Shown here in pieces: positions 10,824 to 22,892 of a stretch of DNA of 37,951 bases; position 1 is the first letter of the stretch; every line of letters starts with the position of its first letter. Source of the stretch: Paraphysomonas bandaiensis (taxonomy: Eukaryota; Protista; Chrysophyceae). The stretch is taken from NCBI GenBank assembly GCA_965644295.1, contig CBFFRP010000301.1:1-37951 (forward strand), in the 5' to 3' direction. The notes below the pieces were generated by a model. That model was not told the origin of the DNA. It did no database searches and saw nothing but the letters and a program-made list of their open reading frames with translations. The translations under genes and the position numbers were made by a program.

Positions 10824-11850
10824 ATGACAAATATAAATGTAGTTACTGCATTGATGAAATGTTTTCGTGGTTGAGCGAGAAATTACAGAATATGTGACGT
10901 ACCGAACCAGAATACAGCATTCTGTGAAGGTAACAGTTAATTTTAATGTTCCCGATATTGGTCTGTACACCTTCGCTTCTGAATTGTTTGACGACTACTA
11001 CGATTCATTTAGACAAACACAATCTGTAGACTTTTGCGAATATGTCACAAGACAAAAGGCTATGATGATAATATGATAATCCCTCAATGGTCACGTCCAA
11101 ATTAATTTTATATTATTCATTAACAAACTAACGCAATAATAACAATATACACATGAGCCTGTACGCATCTACCGCATGCTTATGTTCATCGATCACATTT
11201 CTCATGGATGCATGAATATCAACTCTTACGTACACAATAATATTTCACTTCTTCGTTCCTCCAGTGGAAAGAAATATGCTCCTTCTATCTTTAATAAGAG
11301 CTGATGCCTATCAGTACATGTACCAACGTAGCGAACCACATAGATCACGCGCAGATTTTGTTTCCGCCCTACCCGCGTTCACCTTCGCTAAGATTACGCA
11401 GGATTTCTCACAGTTATGCAAGACTCATCCTCTTTGTAATTACACGGAGTTTGTCGTGCCCATGAAAGCCTCATTATAGGCCTAGCGTGGTATTGGCCGC
11501 CCCCCCCCTTCCCTAGAAAATGCGCGGGGTTTCTCGTAATGTCATATGACTATGCAAGTATAGTTTAGAGTTTACATCTAGCTAGAGCTTGCTTGGCGCC
11601 GATACACAAAGAATACGCCGGAATTTTAATAAAAATCTATGCATTACTTGGTTTAATCATCACATCCTTATTATAAAATCCACTCTTCAATAAATCCGAA
11701 CCGAATGCTGCCAATCAATAAGTGACTTGAAATTATTGCAGTAATTTACAGAAAACCAACATGCTAATGGCTTATAAATTATAATTCAGCACCATTGTCG
11801 GCTCATCCCCTAACTGCCATACATTAGCCAGGCAGTGTATATAGTATTGC

Positions 11851-12170
11851 GTTTTTTGAGCCTTCTCCATGTTGCGTTGTAACGCACCAATAGCATTTCG
11901 CATCTCCTCAACGTTACGTTGGTGTTACTGAGGAGATGCGACATGATATTGGTGCGTTACAACATATTCGGTGTGTGTCTATTAAGGCGTGTAAGGCACT
12001 GATATATTCCGGTTTTTGAACCTCATCCATGTTGTGTTGTAACGCACCAATAGCATTTCGCACCTCCTCAACGTTACGTTGGTGTTACTGAGGAGATGCG
12101 ACATGATATTGGTGCGTTACAACATATTCGGTGTGTGTCTATTAAGGCGTGTAAGGCACTGATATATTCC
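11851..12170. repeat. Two tandem 160-bp units, each with a 35-bp-stem hairpin
   Basis: 11851-12010 and 12011-12170 are nearly identical. Arms 11876-11910 and 11929-11963 are complementary with 2 mismatches around an 18-nt loop. Confidence 0.92.
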
Positions 12171-12266
12171 AAACAAAATCAATAAGTGACTTGCAATTGA
12201 TGCAGTAAGACATGCTTATTGATTATAATTCAGCATCGTTGTCGGCTCATCCCCTATTTACGGCAC

Positions 12267-12593
12267 ACCCATATGATCACTATTGACACCTCGCTATATA
12301 GCAGTGCACATATTCGTAGCGTCTGTCCACAAGCATCAGATCAGCTGATTGCACTTGTGTTCACTATAGTGGCCAATCAATGTCAAGCGCATATGGCTTA
12401 TCTATGTGGGGTTAATGCTATTGCCGTCGGTGGAGGTAATAGCATTAACCCCACATAGAAAACTGATATGCGCTTGACATTGATTGACCACTATAGTGAA
12501 CACAAGTGCAATCAGCTGATCTGATGCTTGTGGACAGACGCTACGAATATGTGCACTGCTATATAGCGAGGTGTCCATAGTGATTATGTGGGT
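12267..12593. repeat. Inverted repeat with 159-bp arms and a 9-nt loop
   Basis: 12267-12425 vs 12435-12593 with a few mismatches; mirrored peptides in ORFs 12219-12458+ and 12402-12929-. Confidence 0.93.
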
Positions 12594-13002
12594 TCGCTGT
12601 GTGTCTACTGCGGCATGTAAGGCATTGATGTCAGCATCTGATAGTCTTCGAAACATTCTCTCCATACACTCTCCTGCAATCTGCGGACCTCTATCTCCAT
12701 CTCTCTCATCTCCTCTCGCTCTACCTCTACGCATTCTTCTTCTCTTAAGTGGTGGGCTGCGTATAGTGTGACTCTGACTGGGAGGAACACACGCATGTCT
12801 CTGTCCAAGTGTCGAATCTATTGGCATACATGTGGATACTTCATAGTGACCCTTCAAGATACCAGGTTGAATTGAAGTCAAATCAATGACCTCCACAGCA
12901 ACAAACTTCATCGTATAGAGAGACTTCATCTAAAGAAGTATATATACGCTTCTGTCCAAGACCACCCCACTTCACACTCAGTCAACGGACACTGCTGTAC
13001 AC

Positions 13003-13342
13003 ACATACATACATACATACATACATACATACATACATACATACATACATACATACATACATACATACATACATACATACATACGTACATACATACATAC
13101 ATACGTACGTACATACATACATACATACATACATACATACATACATACGTACATACATACATACATACATACATACATACATGATGCATACATACATACA
13201 TACATACATACATACATACATACATACATACATACATACATACATACATACATACATACATACATACATACATACATACATACATACATACGTACATACA
13301 TACTGTACATACATACATACATACATACATACATACATACAT
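13003..13342. repeat. (CATA)n microsatellite with CGTA interruptions
   Basis: Directly visible. Confidence 0.96.
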
Positions 13343-13521
13343 GTCCTCGCTCATACGCCCTTCACACTTCCCTGGTACAGATATCAATCCACTATAGTCA
13401 GTTATACATAGACATATTTGCGTATGGCATAACACGCAACTCAGATGAGATATTAAAAGATAAGTTATATATATATACTTATAACTCCTAAGTACATTAT
13501 AAGGAATACAAGTAACAGACA

Positions 13522-15271
13522 ATGTCAGAGAAAAACATTTTTCTAGGGGGAGACCTGACCGTTCATGTGATCCAGGGGACCATGATATCCGGCACAGGGA
13601 AAGTGTTTGGGAAAGGAAGATATACATCTTATCTTCGTGTTTTATGTGGTAATCGTGAAGTTGGTCGTTCCTGTGTTGAGAATGGTATCATTAATTACAA
13701 CGGTCGAGAGTCTCACTGGGGAGGATTTGATTCTAATTTCAGGATTATGAGAATAGCTCCGAGTATGAAGCCTGTTGTTCGACTTGTTGTGTATCATTGT
13801 GACAGAAATGATGAGAATTCTCCTTTGGGTGAAGCTACACTCAATCTAAAATCTTGCACTGGGGAAGATACTAGTCTTGATCTTCCTATAAAAGTCTGCA
13901 GTGGAACAGGTGAAGGGGATATTGTTGGCACTCTGTCAATAAAGGCCAACTTTTCGTCTAATTGTACAAGATATCTGAGCAGTAACGAAACACTGTCATT
14001 GGATAATAGAAAAGTATACTCAATCGGAATCGGATGGGACGATAGCTTCTCCGTGCCGAACATTGGTGATGCAGACTTTGGTGCTTCATTGGTAGCTTTT
14101 GATAAAGAGGGAAATTATATTGATGCTGCGTGTGAATTAAAACCAGTTAGTGACGTGGTAGCGTGCACATTTAAGAGGGTACCTGTGTGCGATGATGAAG
14201 GGTATGTCACTGACAAAATGGAATTGTCGTTCTCTTTGGCTTTAGCTGACTCCAATGTATCTGCATTTTTCGTTGTTCTCTATTCGTTTCCTGAGTTCTC
14301 GTCGTTATTGGCACTGAAGAACTTTTACTGTCGCATTAAGGAGAACAAGTCAAGTATTGAACTGGGAAGGTATTGTGTGAATATTGAGAATCCAGCTACT
14401 GCTTGCGTTCTCCTTCGCGTGGCTAGACAGATAAGCACAGAAGAGCCCCAGGTTGGTGAATTCTTTAAGCAAATTATTTTCGTAACTATTACTCAAGGTT
14501 TTGCAGTCATGGAACGCCTGCACATATCGTGATTTAATGTATGATTGCCATGGACATGGTTACATAATCCCTTCTCTTCGAAACCGTTTATCTGATATTT
14601 TTCCTGGAATCGAAGGAAGAAAGAGTGATAGAATTGGAATGTTGCAGAAAGATGAGTCTATTTTGATAGAGGATTTTATGGAATCAGATAGTATTAGCGA
14701 TGCTGAGCTTTCCATTGGGCTGAAATTGAACGGAGTTTCAACTGAGCATGACTTCTCGTGTATAGCCCTCGATACTGACTTTAATCTTGTTGATTCTGTA
14801 ACCAAAAGTAATCCTGAATCACAAACAGGTGCTCTCCAGCATGGTGGTGAGATATCTGCAGAAAGAGATGCTAATGATGATGATATGCTTCTGCATATCA
14901 AGTTGAAAAATGCAAGTGATATCACTACTTATATGGGATTTTATGTCACCTCTCATGCTGGCCCCTTTCCTGCCAGTATCGAACAATGTGATGCTCATTT
15001 TTTTGACAGCAATACGAAAAGAAATCTGTGTACGTTTTCTCTCAATGGAAATGAAGTCTTCAGTAAATCATCTGTTCTTGTGTGTCTAATGTACAAAGTT
15101 GAATCAAAGTGGTATTTTCTCAACGCAGGCGTTGGCTGTGCTGACGTTGAAGTGAACTCACTCAACAATCATTTTAAAGAGCTCGATGGCGAGAAACAGT
15201 ACATTCAGCGACAAGTTCGTATTAACACCCATAATTCAACTATGATGAAGCGATATGGAAATGCAACGTAG
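13522..15271 (+). CDS. C2-domain protein with two TerD-like domains (2 exons)
   Basis: N-terminal C2-like pattern (LTVHVIQG...VRLVVYHCD...PLGEATLNL...GTLSIK); TerD-like IGIGWD...DADFGASLVAFD and LSIGL...DFSCIALD...SQTGALQHGGE...DDD...KWYF; in-frame intron 14452-14506. Confidence 0.8.
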
Positions 15272-16099
15272 TGGACGACGTTATTATGTTTTGCTAACAT
15301 GATCTGACAGTGCTATACGAGTTGCTGGTGAATGGGAATGTGTTTATCTTTGATGCATTTCTCAGTCCTATCCACTCGTAGAAAAACAAATACAGTAATA
15401 AGGCACGCATTTTAAGTTTCATTGCTTTTATTACTTTCTTTAAAATTGGAATGATAACTGTGGTGAAGTACCCTTTTGCATATTAAATGTACTGATGATA
15501 ATCTGAGGTATAAGAAAATACACTTAAAAAATAAGGAGTATACTATCTTGTTACTTGTTTTACATATATCAGAAACCCTCTAAGAAAAAGATCGCTGTTA
15601 AGACAGTGTCAAGTAACTTAAAACAATGACATGCAAGGAATAACATACATATAGAATGGTACGCATCCACAAAATGAACCAAGTCCATTATATATCACGC
15701 ACCACACCGCATGCATTCTTGCATACACCGTGTGTACTCACACGTATATTATGACATAATAAACAAAACTGAATAACTGCGCATAAAACTGAAACTAACA
15801 TATAGCATAAAACTTATTGCATCTTTACTCTCTCCATATATTCCTCTTTAAGCCAGATACTTGCCATAATAGCCACATACCTTAGCGGCATCATCATGCA
15901 TAGCATCTGTACTATGCTCTTTACTGGTCCTAACTCCTGCTCATCTCCGTATTCAGAGCACCATTATGCATATACATTCATAGTTCTGCACTATTTGCTA
16001 CTATATAAAACCCCAGAGCTACACTTTACATATTTTCACCATCGAAACTTGTCTAAATTTGACAATAGTGTAAAGTGTTGGCTCGGAAACTTTTGACCC

Positions 16100-17010
16100 C
16101 TCAACAAAGTAGGTGTACTGGGGAATAATTACCGGAGGTATTTCCCCGGGAAACTAACGTGAGCCGCATATATAGTCAGCAGATATTGTTCTCTGCCCAC
16201 TCATAGCCGAATACTAGTGTGGTACAAGGGACACTAATTAGTGTCACTTATGTAGACGTCTTTGGGTCTTGACGAATAACCAGGCATCCGGGAATGGGCC
16301 CACCTCAAGGGCATCCAGGGTATTGGGCTGCATACTGGATAAAAGCATCCGGGATGTTCATCTTAAGGACAGAGATTCGGATACCCACCCGACACCAAAA
16401 GTACTCCAGCTACTCCAGGCGACATCCACCCCACGAACTACACTCTCTGCAAGAGCCCAGACCCGACAGAGGCAAGCGCAACCACTCCGGAAACAACTTC
16501 TCCTTACTTGTAGCCGAAACCCCACCTCAACAACCAGCACCATCTCCACCACCGACTTGCACTCTCATATACAACTCGCCTCACCCACCCCCCACATAAT
16601 CCATGGCACAGGCCCGCCAGACACATTGCCCAAAGGTAGACCCCCCGACTAACCTCACTACAAGGGACGGTTGCACCATGGTGCTCGCAGCGATGCACAA
16701 GCAGTCCCGAGACGGTTGCCCGCCACTAGTAGTATATAGCAAATCTAGTTATTAGCTAGTCTATAGACATAAACTAGTTTCTGTACGCAACCGTACTCAT
16801 GTAATAATCAGACTTTCATATATATAAGGACAGAGAGAGCGAAATAGGTTGCACCTTGGTGCTTGTGGTGACGCACAAGTAGCTTTCGTAGCGCATAATA
16901 GTAGAATATCAGAGTAAAGCACTAGTTAGTTAAATTATTTTTGCTACATTAGTTCTGAACTCCAATACGCCTATATTGCAAATAGCAAATAGTCAGACCT
17001 TCACTACTAC
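16100..17010 (+). mobile_element. SINE-like non-autonomous retroposon, copy 1 (interrupted by a LINE-like insert)
   Basis: 16100-16375 plus 16837-17010 is collinear with the reverse complement of 35463-35969; ends in cagaccttca followed by a short (cta) repeat. Confidence 0.65.
16376..16824 (+). mobile_element. 5'-truncated LINE-like insertion with 12-bp target-site duplication
   Basis: Flanked by taaggacagaga (16364-16375 and 16825-16836); contains an ORF end (...GPPDTLPKGRPPD stop, 16652), a 3' UTR and a cagactttca(ta)n tail; absent from copy 2. Confidence 0.65.
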
Positions 17011-17816
17011 AGTTCTATCTTTGAGGAACATACGTGTTCCGACTGTGACGGTAATATTCAGTATATTAGTGTTCACTTCAATGTTGGAAATTGCTCATTC
17101 TTAACTAGATCTCAGAGAAAATTTGTCGTTAGACAAGATAGATTAATTTATATTGTATACACAAACTTGTGACAAACAACCCAATCTTATTTTTTTCCAC
17201 GCATAATCTCCTTCATATGTGAACTGTGAACCTCTCGTTACTAGCCATATCTTTATAGATCAAACTATTTCAGTTTCTCAATATCATCACAGCATTTGTA
17301 CATCACAATATTTCACTGTTTTCTCGTACATTGTCTTCAAGTGACTAGAATGTACTAGAATATTATTCATATTCTAATAATCAAACATCAATTGTATTGC
17401 TTCACTGTTGGAGTAGTGTCTACCTACACAACGACGAAATATACAAAAATGCGTCCCAAAAATATTGCTTTGTGATTGATGATTTAGGATGCAGTCAATG
17501 CATGGGTGGGACAAAGTTCTATAAATAACCAATACCGAACATCACTCTCGCCTCTTGCAAGATGTAAAATGTAACACAATACAATATATGGTTCTAATTG
17601 GCTTAAAAGTACGAATATCAAACTTTATTACGAAATCGATAACATTAGAGATATTACTTTGCGAGTCTAATACAATGTTGCGTTACCGATACTCATTCAA
17701 CAAATGCATTATAGATGTCGCAGCTCCTACACGGACACGACTGTTGGCAATAAAATTATATGATAATAGAATGGGTGCATATGCCTAACACATGGCATAC
17801 ATGCATGTGTTCTGCT

Positions 17817-20800
17817 TTATAGCAATGGGAGAAGATCGACGCCATGGTCTGAAAGTGATGTCTTGTAGTGCATAAAACTCAGCACACGATCTTTACCACT
17901 GGAGTCGTTACAATCAATGGAATCCATACGTAGTATGTAAAACATTGGACTTAAAATTGCATCATGCATCGAACACCTACGTAAAAGAAACCAGTTAGTA
18001 CCAATCAACCCAGTTTACATGCAATCGGGACCTCTGTGCAGGATCAAGATGAACCATTGAAGTTAAAAGGTCGGTTGCACCCTCGCCTAGTCGTTCCAGT
18101 TGATCCCTCACACTTATCATACGCGTTACGAGATAAGAAGTAAAATTGTCATGCATACCGGACAATAACGCCACTTGATCCAGACTCAAGAGACCACAAA
18201 GCGCAATCGCCCTCAAATTGACGAATACATTCGCTCTTCGCTTTTGTAATGCGGCCTCTCTCCGTACAACGACCTAAGCATTCGGTGACTGCACACCACA
18301 CGGGATTGTCTGGTGAAAAGGGGCATATGTCATTGTCAGATATAGAGCTATCATCATGGGCTGTCGATGGAAATCCAAAGAGGACAAAGTATCGATACAG
18401 CGTATCATAAAGAACATCACCAATACCAACAGACGTATCAGCATCATCGCCTGATTCTAGGGACTCCATAACTTCTCGAATGACAGCATATGGACTTGAT
18501 GAGTCACTTGTCATCCAAATCTTACGCAGTTTCTTCTGTAGATATGCAGGACATCTGATCGACTTGAGATGTTCTTCATATGGCTCTTCCCCAGTAAGCA
18601 GGTGGAAATAGGATAACCCTAAACAAAACGTATCAGCAGAATATGCTTCTCTGGCGTGAGACCCGAGAAAAAGGTACTCCGGTGGAGTGTTCTCCAGTGT
18701 TGTAAACTATAGGACAGAAAATAAAACCCATAACCAACATACATGCAAAAGAGATAACCTGTTGAACCCCAATAGGACTACCCAGTGAATCGACTCCAAT
18801 GATACTTGTCCCAAAGTCAGCCAGTTTTACCACATCAGGGCGATCAACATTATCCGCTGTTCCAATAGAAATATTAAAAATACTATCCCCAAACCCAAAA
18901 TGTAGCGTTGTACACAAGTCTGTTGAGCCAGACTTCGAAACAATATCTGCTGCATTGCTTGATACTGATAGGCGATCAGTACAAAAAAAGTTTAGTAGTT
19001 TGATATCGTAATGGCGCATCGCAATTCGCTCTCTACAAGCGTATAATGAAAAACACATCTGAAAGAGTATATTCCGAATTAAAGATGCCTCGAGTGACCC
19101 CCGCTTACGAACCATCTCCTCCAGATCGCCGCCAGAACAATATTCCATTCGAATATACTGATACCTACCAGTCCTAAGCTTCTGTGCTTCTTTACTCACA
19201 TTAGTAGTCGATCTGGTGTTAGGGGCGATACATGTTGAGGACTTCTGAGTAGATGTCACACTTTTCCAAATGTTTTTAGACGGAGGGTATTTAGACTCAA
19301 AAATCGAATATATCTGGATTAGATTGGGACAAATATTGAGCGAAACAAGGGCAGAGGAAAGCATCGAAATTTCTAATTCTTGTGTGATAGCTTCTTCCAT
19401 ACCCCTCTCCTGCAAATCATTAATATCCATGACACTGACAGCTTCGTGTCGGGCCTGCGACATCGCACTTGGCGTTGTTTTCTGGACGCGAAATACATCT
19501 TTGCATGCACCTTGACTCAAAAACACACCACTGCTATATGCAGTCATGAACTTTACCCATCCTGCGCGGTCAAGTACATTACACTTTCCCGAGTAACTCA
19601 ATTCACGGGCTCGACACTTATAATACTCCAATGCCCAAGCTTTACTCACACTGGCATACAGCATACACTCTTCCGGCAGAAGGAAAGCCAACACACAAGA
19701 CACAACACTCGGGTTATTCCAATCAGTCGTATTGGCATCGAGAATCTTCGAGTCATCATCAGTTATGTCCTCATCCGGATATCTTCCGCACCGGTGGTCG
19801 CTGTCATCAATGTGCAACTCGCGTAATTCAGCATTTGTTGATTCTATCTGTGTAGCAAGGTCCATATATACATTGTCATCATCGAATGCGCTATTATACT
19901 GGAGTTCCCGAGCTTCAGTACACGTGCCGAGTTCACTGTCCTGTGAGATATCCATAGAAGTGAGAAGTACTCTGCAAACCTTATCGTCTTCAACATAATG
20001 CTCACTGTGGGTATCTTCATCATCAACACCTTCTATTCCATCAGCCATTATTTTACTATCATCTGTAGAAAATATCTGACAATGCGACATAATCCTATTA
20101 GGGTCACTATTTTCACCGAACACAGTGCTGAAGGGCTCTTCACATGTAATAATTGAATCCACTGAATACTCCCGCGAGTCCTTCGCAGCGGTAGAAGCGG
20201 CCCAGGTGAGCGGATGCTTGGGTAGATAATAGCATACGCAGTGTCTGTGAGGAAGAAGTTCTGACTTTGAAACCAGGTAACCACCCGTGCTTGTTCTATA
20301 GGAGGACCAGCACGATCCCAGAGAAATGGTTCTTACAGATTTGTCTTTGGGAAGGTATAGGCGTAACTCAAGACCACCATTAGTCCTCAGACTTACACCC
20401 ACGACGCGTTTATCGTAAGATGATGGAGCTGATACGACAGGTACATTGTTATCAAAGCAATTCTCATACACCCCGCCAATGATAACGCCTCTGAATGTCA
20501 TTTCGGTGACAGGACTTGATACACTGGCAACTACAGACTGTCTATCGTCGTACTTATAATCGAAGCTCTGCACCATCGTAGCAGATGCATCGAATGCATC
20601 ATCATCATCACTACTAACGTCGTTACATTTCGATAAATGGCTACTATTGAACCCAAGAGATTCTATACTGGACTTACGGTGAGCAGGTTTAGATTTCTTG
20701 AGACGCTTTGACCTAACAGAGCCTGGTGAGGGAAACTTAAGGTGTCCTACTCTGCCAGATGACATCCTCTTCAACATTGCCTTTTTCTTCTTCGCTTTTA

Positions 20801-22892
20801 CAATGGATTTGAGATCTTCAATGATACCATCATCTGTACTATCAGTCGCAATTCCTATGGCGCTTGGGAGCGATTTTGATGGAGTTGTTGAAGATTGCAA
20901 CATATCCTCATGGCGTTTAAGGGTTTCGAAAAAGCGCAATAAGGCGGGTGACAAAGCATCACAAGATGTTCCCCAGTCATTTTCACTTTGTCCACTGGTG
21001 TGAAACTTAGGAAAAATAGCCTGCGGAGTGTAATATGCATCAATATCATTTTGGGACAACGGTCTTTCAGTATCTCGAAAAGGGGTTTTGGGTGGGAGAT
21101 AGGGCTCAGTGTTTTGGCGCCTAATATGGACATTACTTCCGCGGAACTCCTCATCTGAGCGATACTCATCTGAGTGACCTCGAGAGAGCTTGCGTGAGCC
21201 ATCATTAAAACTACCACTCCTAGACGAGTTATGAGTCATGCTACTAGACCGCAATGGCATGGAGAACATGGAGGAAAATCTAATGGATCTGGGTTCTTCA
21301 AGAATGCTGGTAGGATCGAGTACTGTATTTCTCACAGGTACATCGAAGAGATCGGCACAAGAATCTGCATGAATTGGACTAGGTTCCTGTTGACTCAAGA
21401 CAGTTCCAGGAATAGGAGGCGGTGCCCCAATTGAGGAAGGTGGGGATAATATACTGCTGCTCGTAGTTGCAGCAGGAGTAGCTGGAACATCGACGAGAGT
21501 AGTGGTTGTCAAAGGCAAGGCACGGCCTTCTCTATGGTCAGTCACACTTGAAATACTGGCAGCCGAAAAGCCTTGAAAGTCTTCACAGGCACTTGACAGT
21601 CGGGATACATCTTCCCGATAGCACCGCTGCTTGAACGGTCTTACCAGAGGACACATATCAGTCGACGAAACTGCTTCTGCGAATGAGAAGTCACGTCAAC
21701 GAATGAATATGGATACACAGCACTCACTTTCACTCCTCTCAGTGGACGAAAATATGGCGATGGAGTTGAACTACAACGTGGTTAATAATATTAAAGTGAT
21801 ATGGAATATCATTATACCTCACGAGTAACTGTCTCCGTGCCATCCTCCGAGACTGTAGATGGTATGGTGGGACTGGGGCTACCAAAATAACCGGGGGACT
21901 TTCGCTTGCCTGTACTATCAAGGCTGCTGCGTCGAGACGAGGACGATGGAGGCTGTCCAGATGAAGAGTCTGAAAGCTCATCGACATCATCTAGCGTATC
22001 GACTCTAAGGCGGACAAAAGCCGAAGGTGATGAGGTAGCAGGTTGCTTGTCTTCGGGTATGAACTGCTGCTTCCGATGTTCCATGTCGGAAACTGAGACG
22101 CTGCGTCGACGGGATGCGCGCTGAGAGTATGAACCGCCCTTGAGGACTACAACAGGAGATGCAGCACGAGACTCGTTCTTCGCTTTGGAAGTAGCCTTGC
22201 GATAATTTTTTCGTCGTGCAGATTTACTACGTATTACCTCATCCTGTTGGACTGCTTTAAAAAACCCATTTGATTGAAGTTGAGGTTGCCTGGCACACAC
22301 GTTCTTGTTGACAGCCGCTTTCAAAATAGCGAACTGTAAGCAGTCGTTAGACTCATATAATGCCTTTCACATACGAATTAATACCTTTGTGCTGGGTAGT
22401 TTCATGATGAGCAATGAGTCATGCGGACAGGAAAACCCTAAGTCTATGCACCAATGATACATTCTTGAACTTTCATCTTCCCCATCCGGAAGTTTTAACA
22501 AGAATCCATCAGTAGTTATATAAGAACCATGACCATCGTCATGCTGTAAAATAGCTTTGTGAAGGGTATCGATGTCATCCGTGTGGCCTCTGTTCACTAT
22601 TTTCTCGATGCAGTCACCCTGGGCCACCTCTAGTCGCCTACGTGAAGGTGCATTTTCAGTTTGTATCTCATTAGCCTTCGCCTTACGCTTAGAGGACGCA
22701 GACTTATGTGCTTTTGCACTACAATAAAGTACGTGTTATCCAAAGCTTTATTTCATTGATATATTTACCCATTTTCTTTCCCTGTACAGAGCCCGTCTCT
22801 CAACTTTGGCTTTGAATTGCCAGATATCTTTGCTCCGACAGTTCGTTTAGACGACTCAACTGGAGAACAGTCATAGTCGTCAAGATTTTCAT
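17817..22892 (-). CDS. Large multi-exon Ser/Thr-type protein kinase with an F-box-like motif
   Basis: MEYCSGGDL, HYDIKLLN, KLADFG, TTLENTPPE, DTFCLGL, LLTSMVHLDPAQR. ORFs 22367-22627, 21812-22324, 18633-21656, 18149-18514 and 17817-18008 look joinable by short GT-AG introns; not every junction was checked and the start codon is approximate. Confidence 0.85.

Noticed and set aside
11851-12170. Possible CRISPR-like array
   Set aside because: Only two units, no unique spacers, eukaryotic context and no cas genes.
18799-22124. Short antisense and alternate-frame ORFs within the kinase gene (similarly within the gag, C2-TerD, ankyrin and cupredoxin genes)
   Set aside because: Shadow ORFs of real coding regions with no independent motifs.
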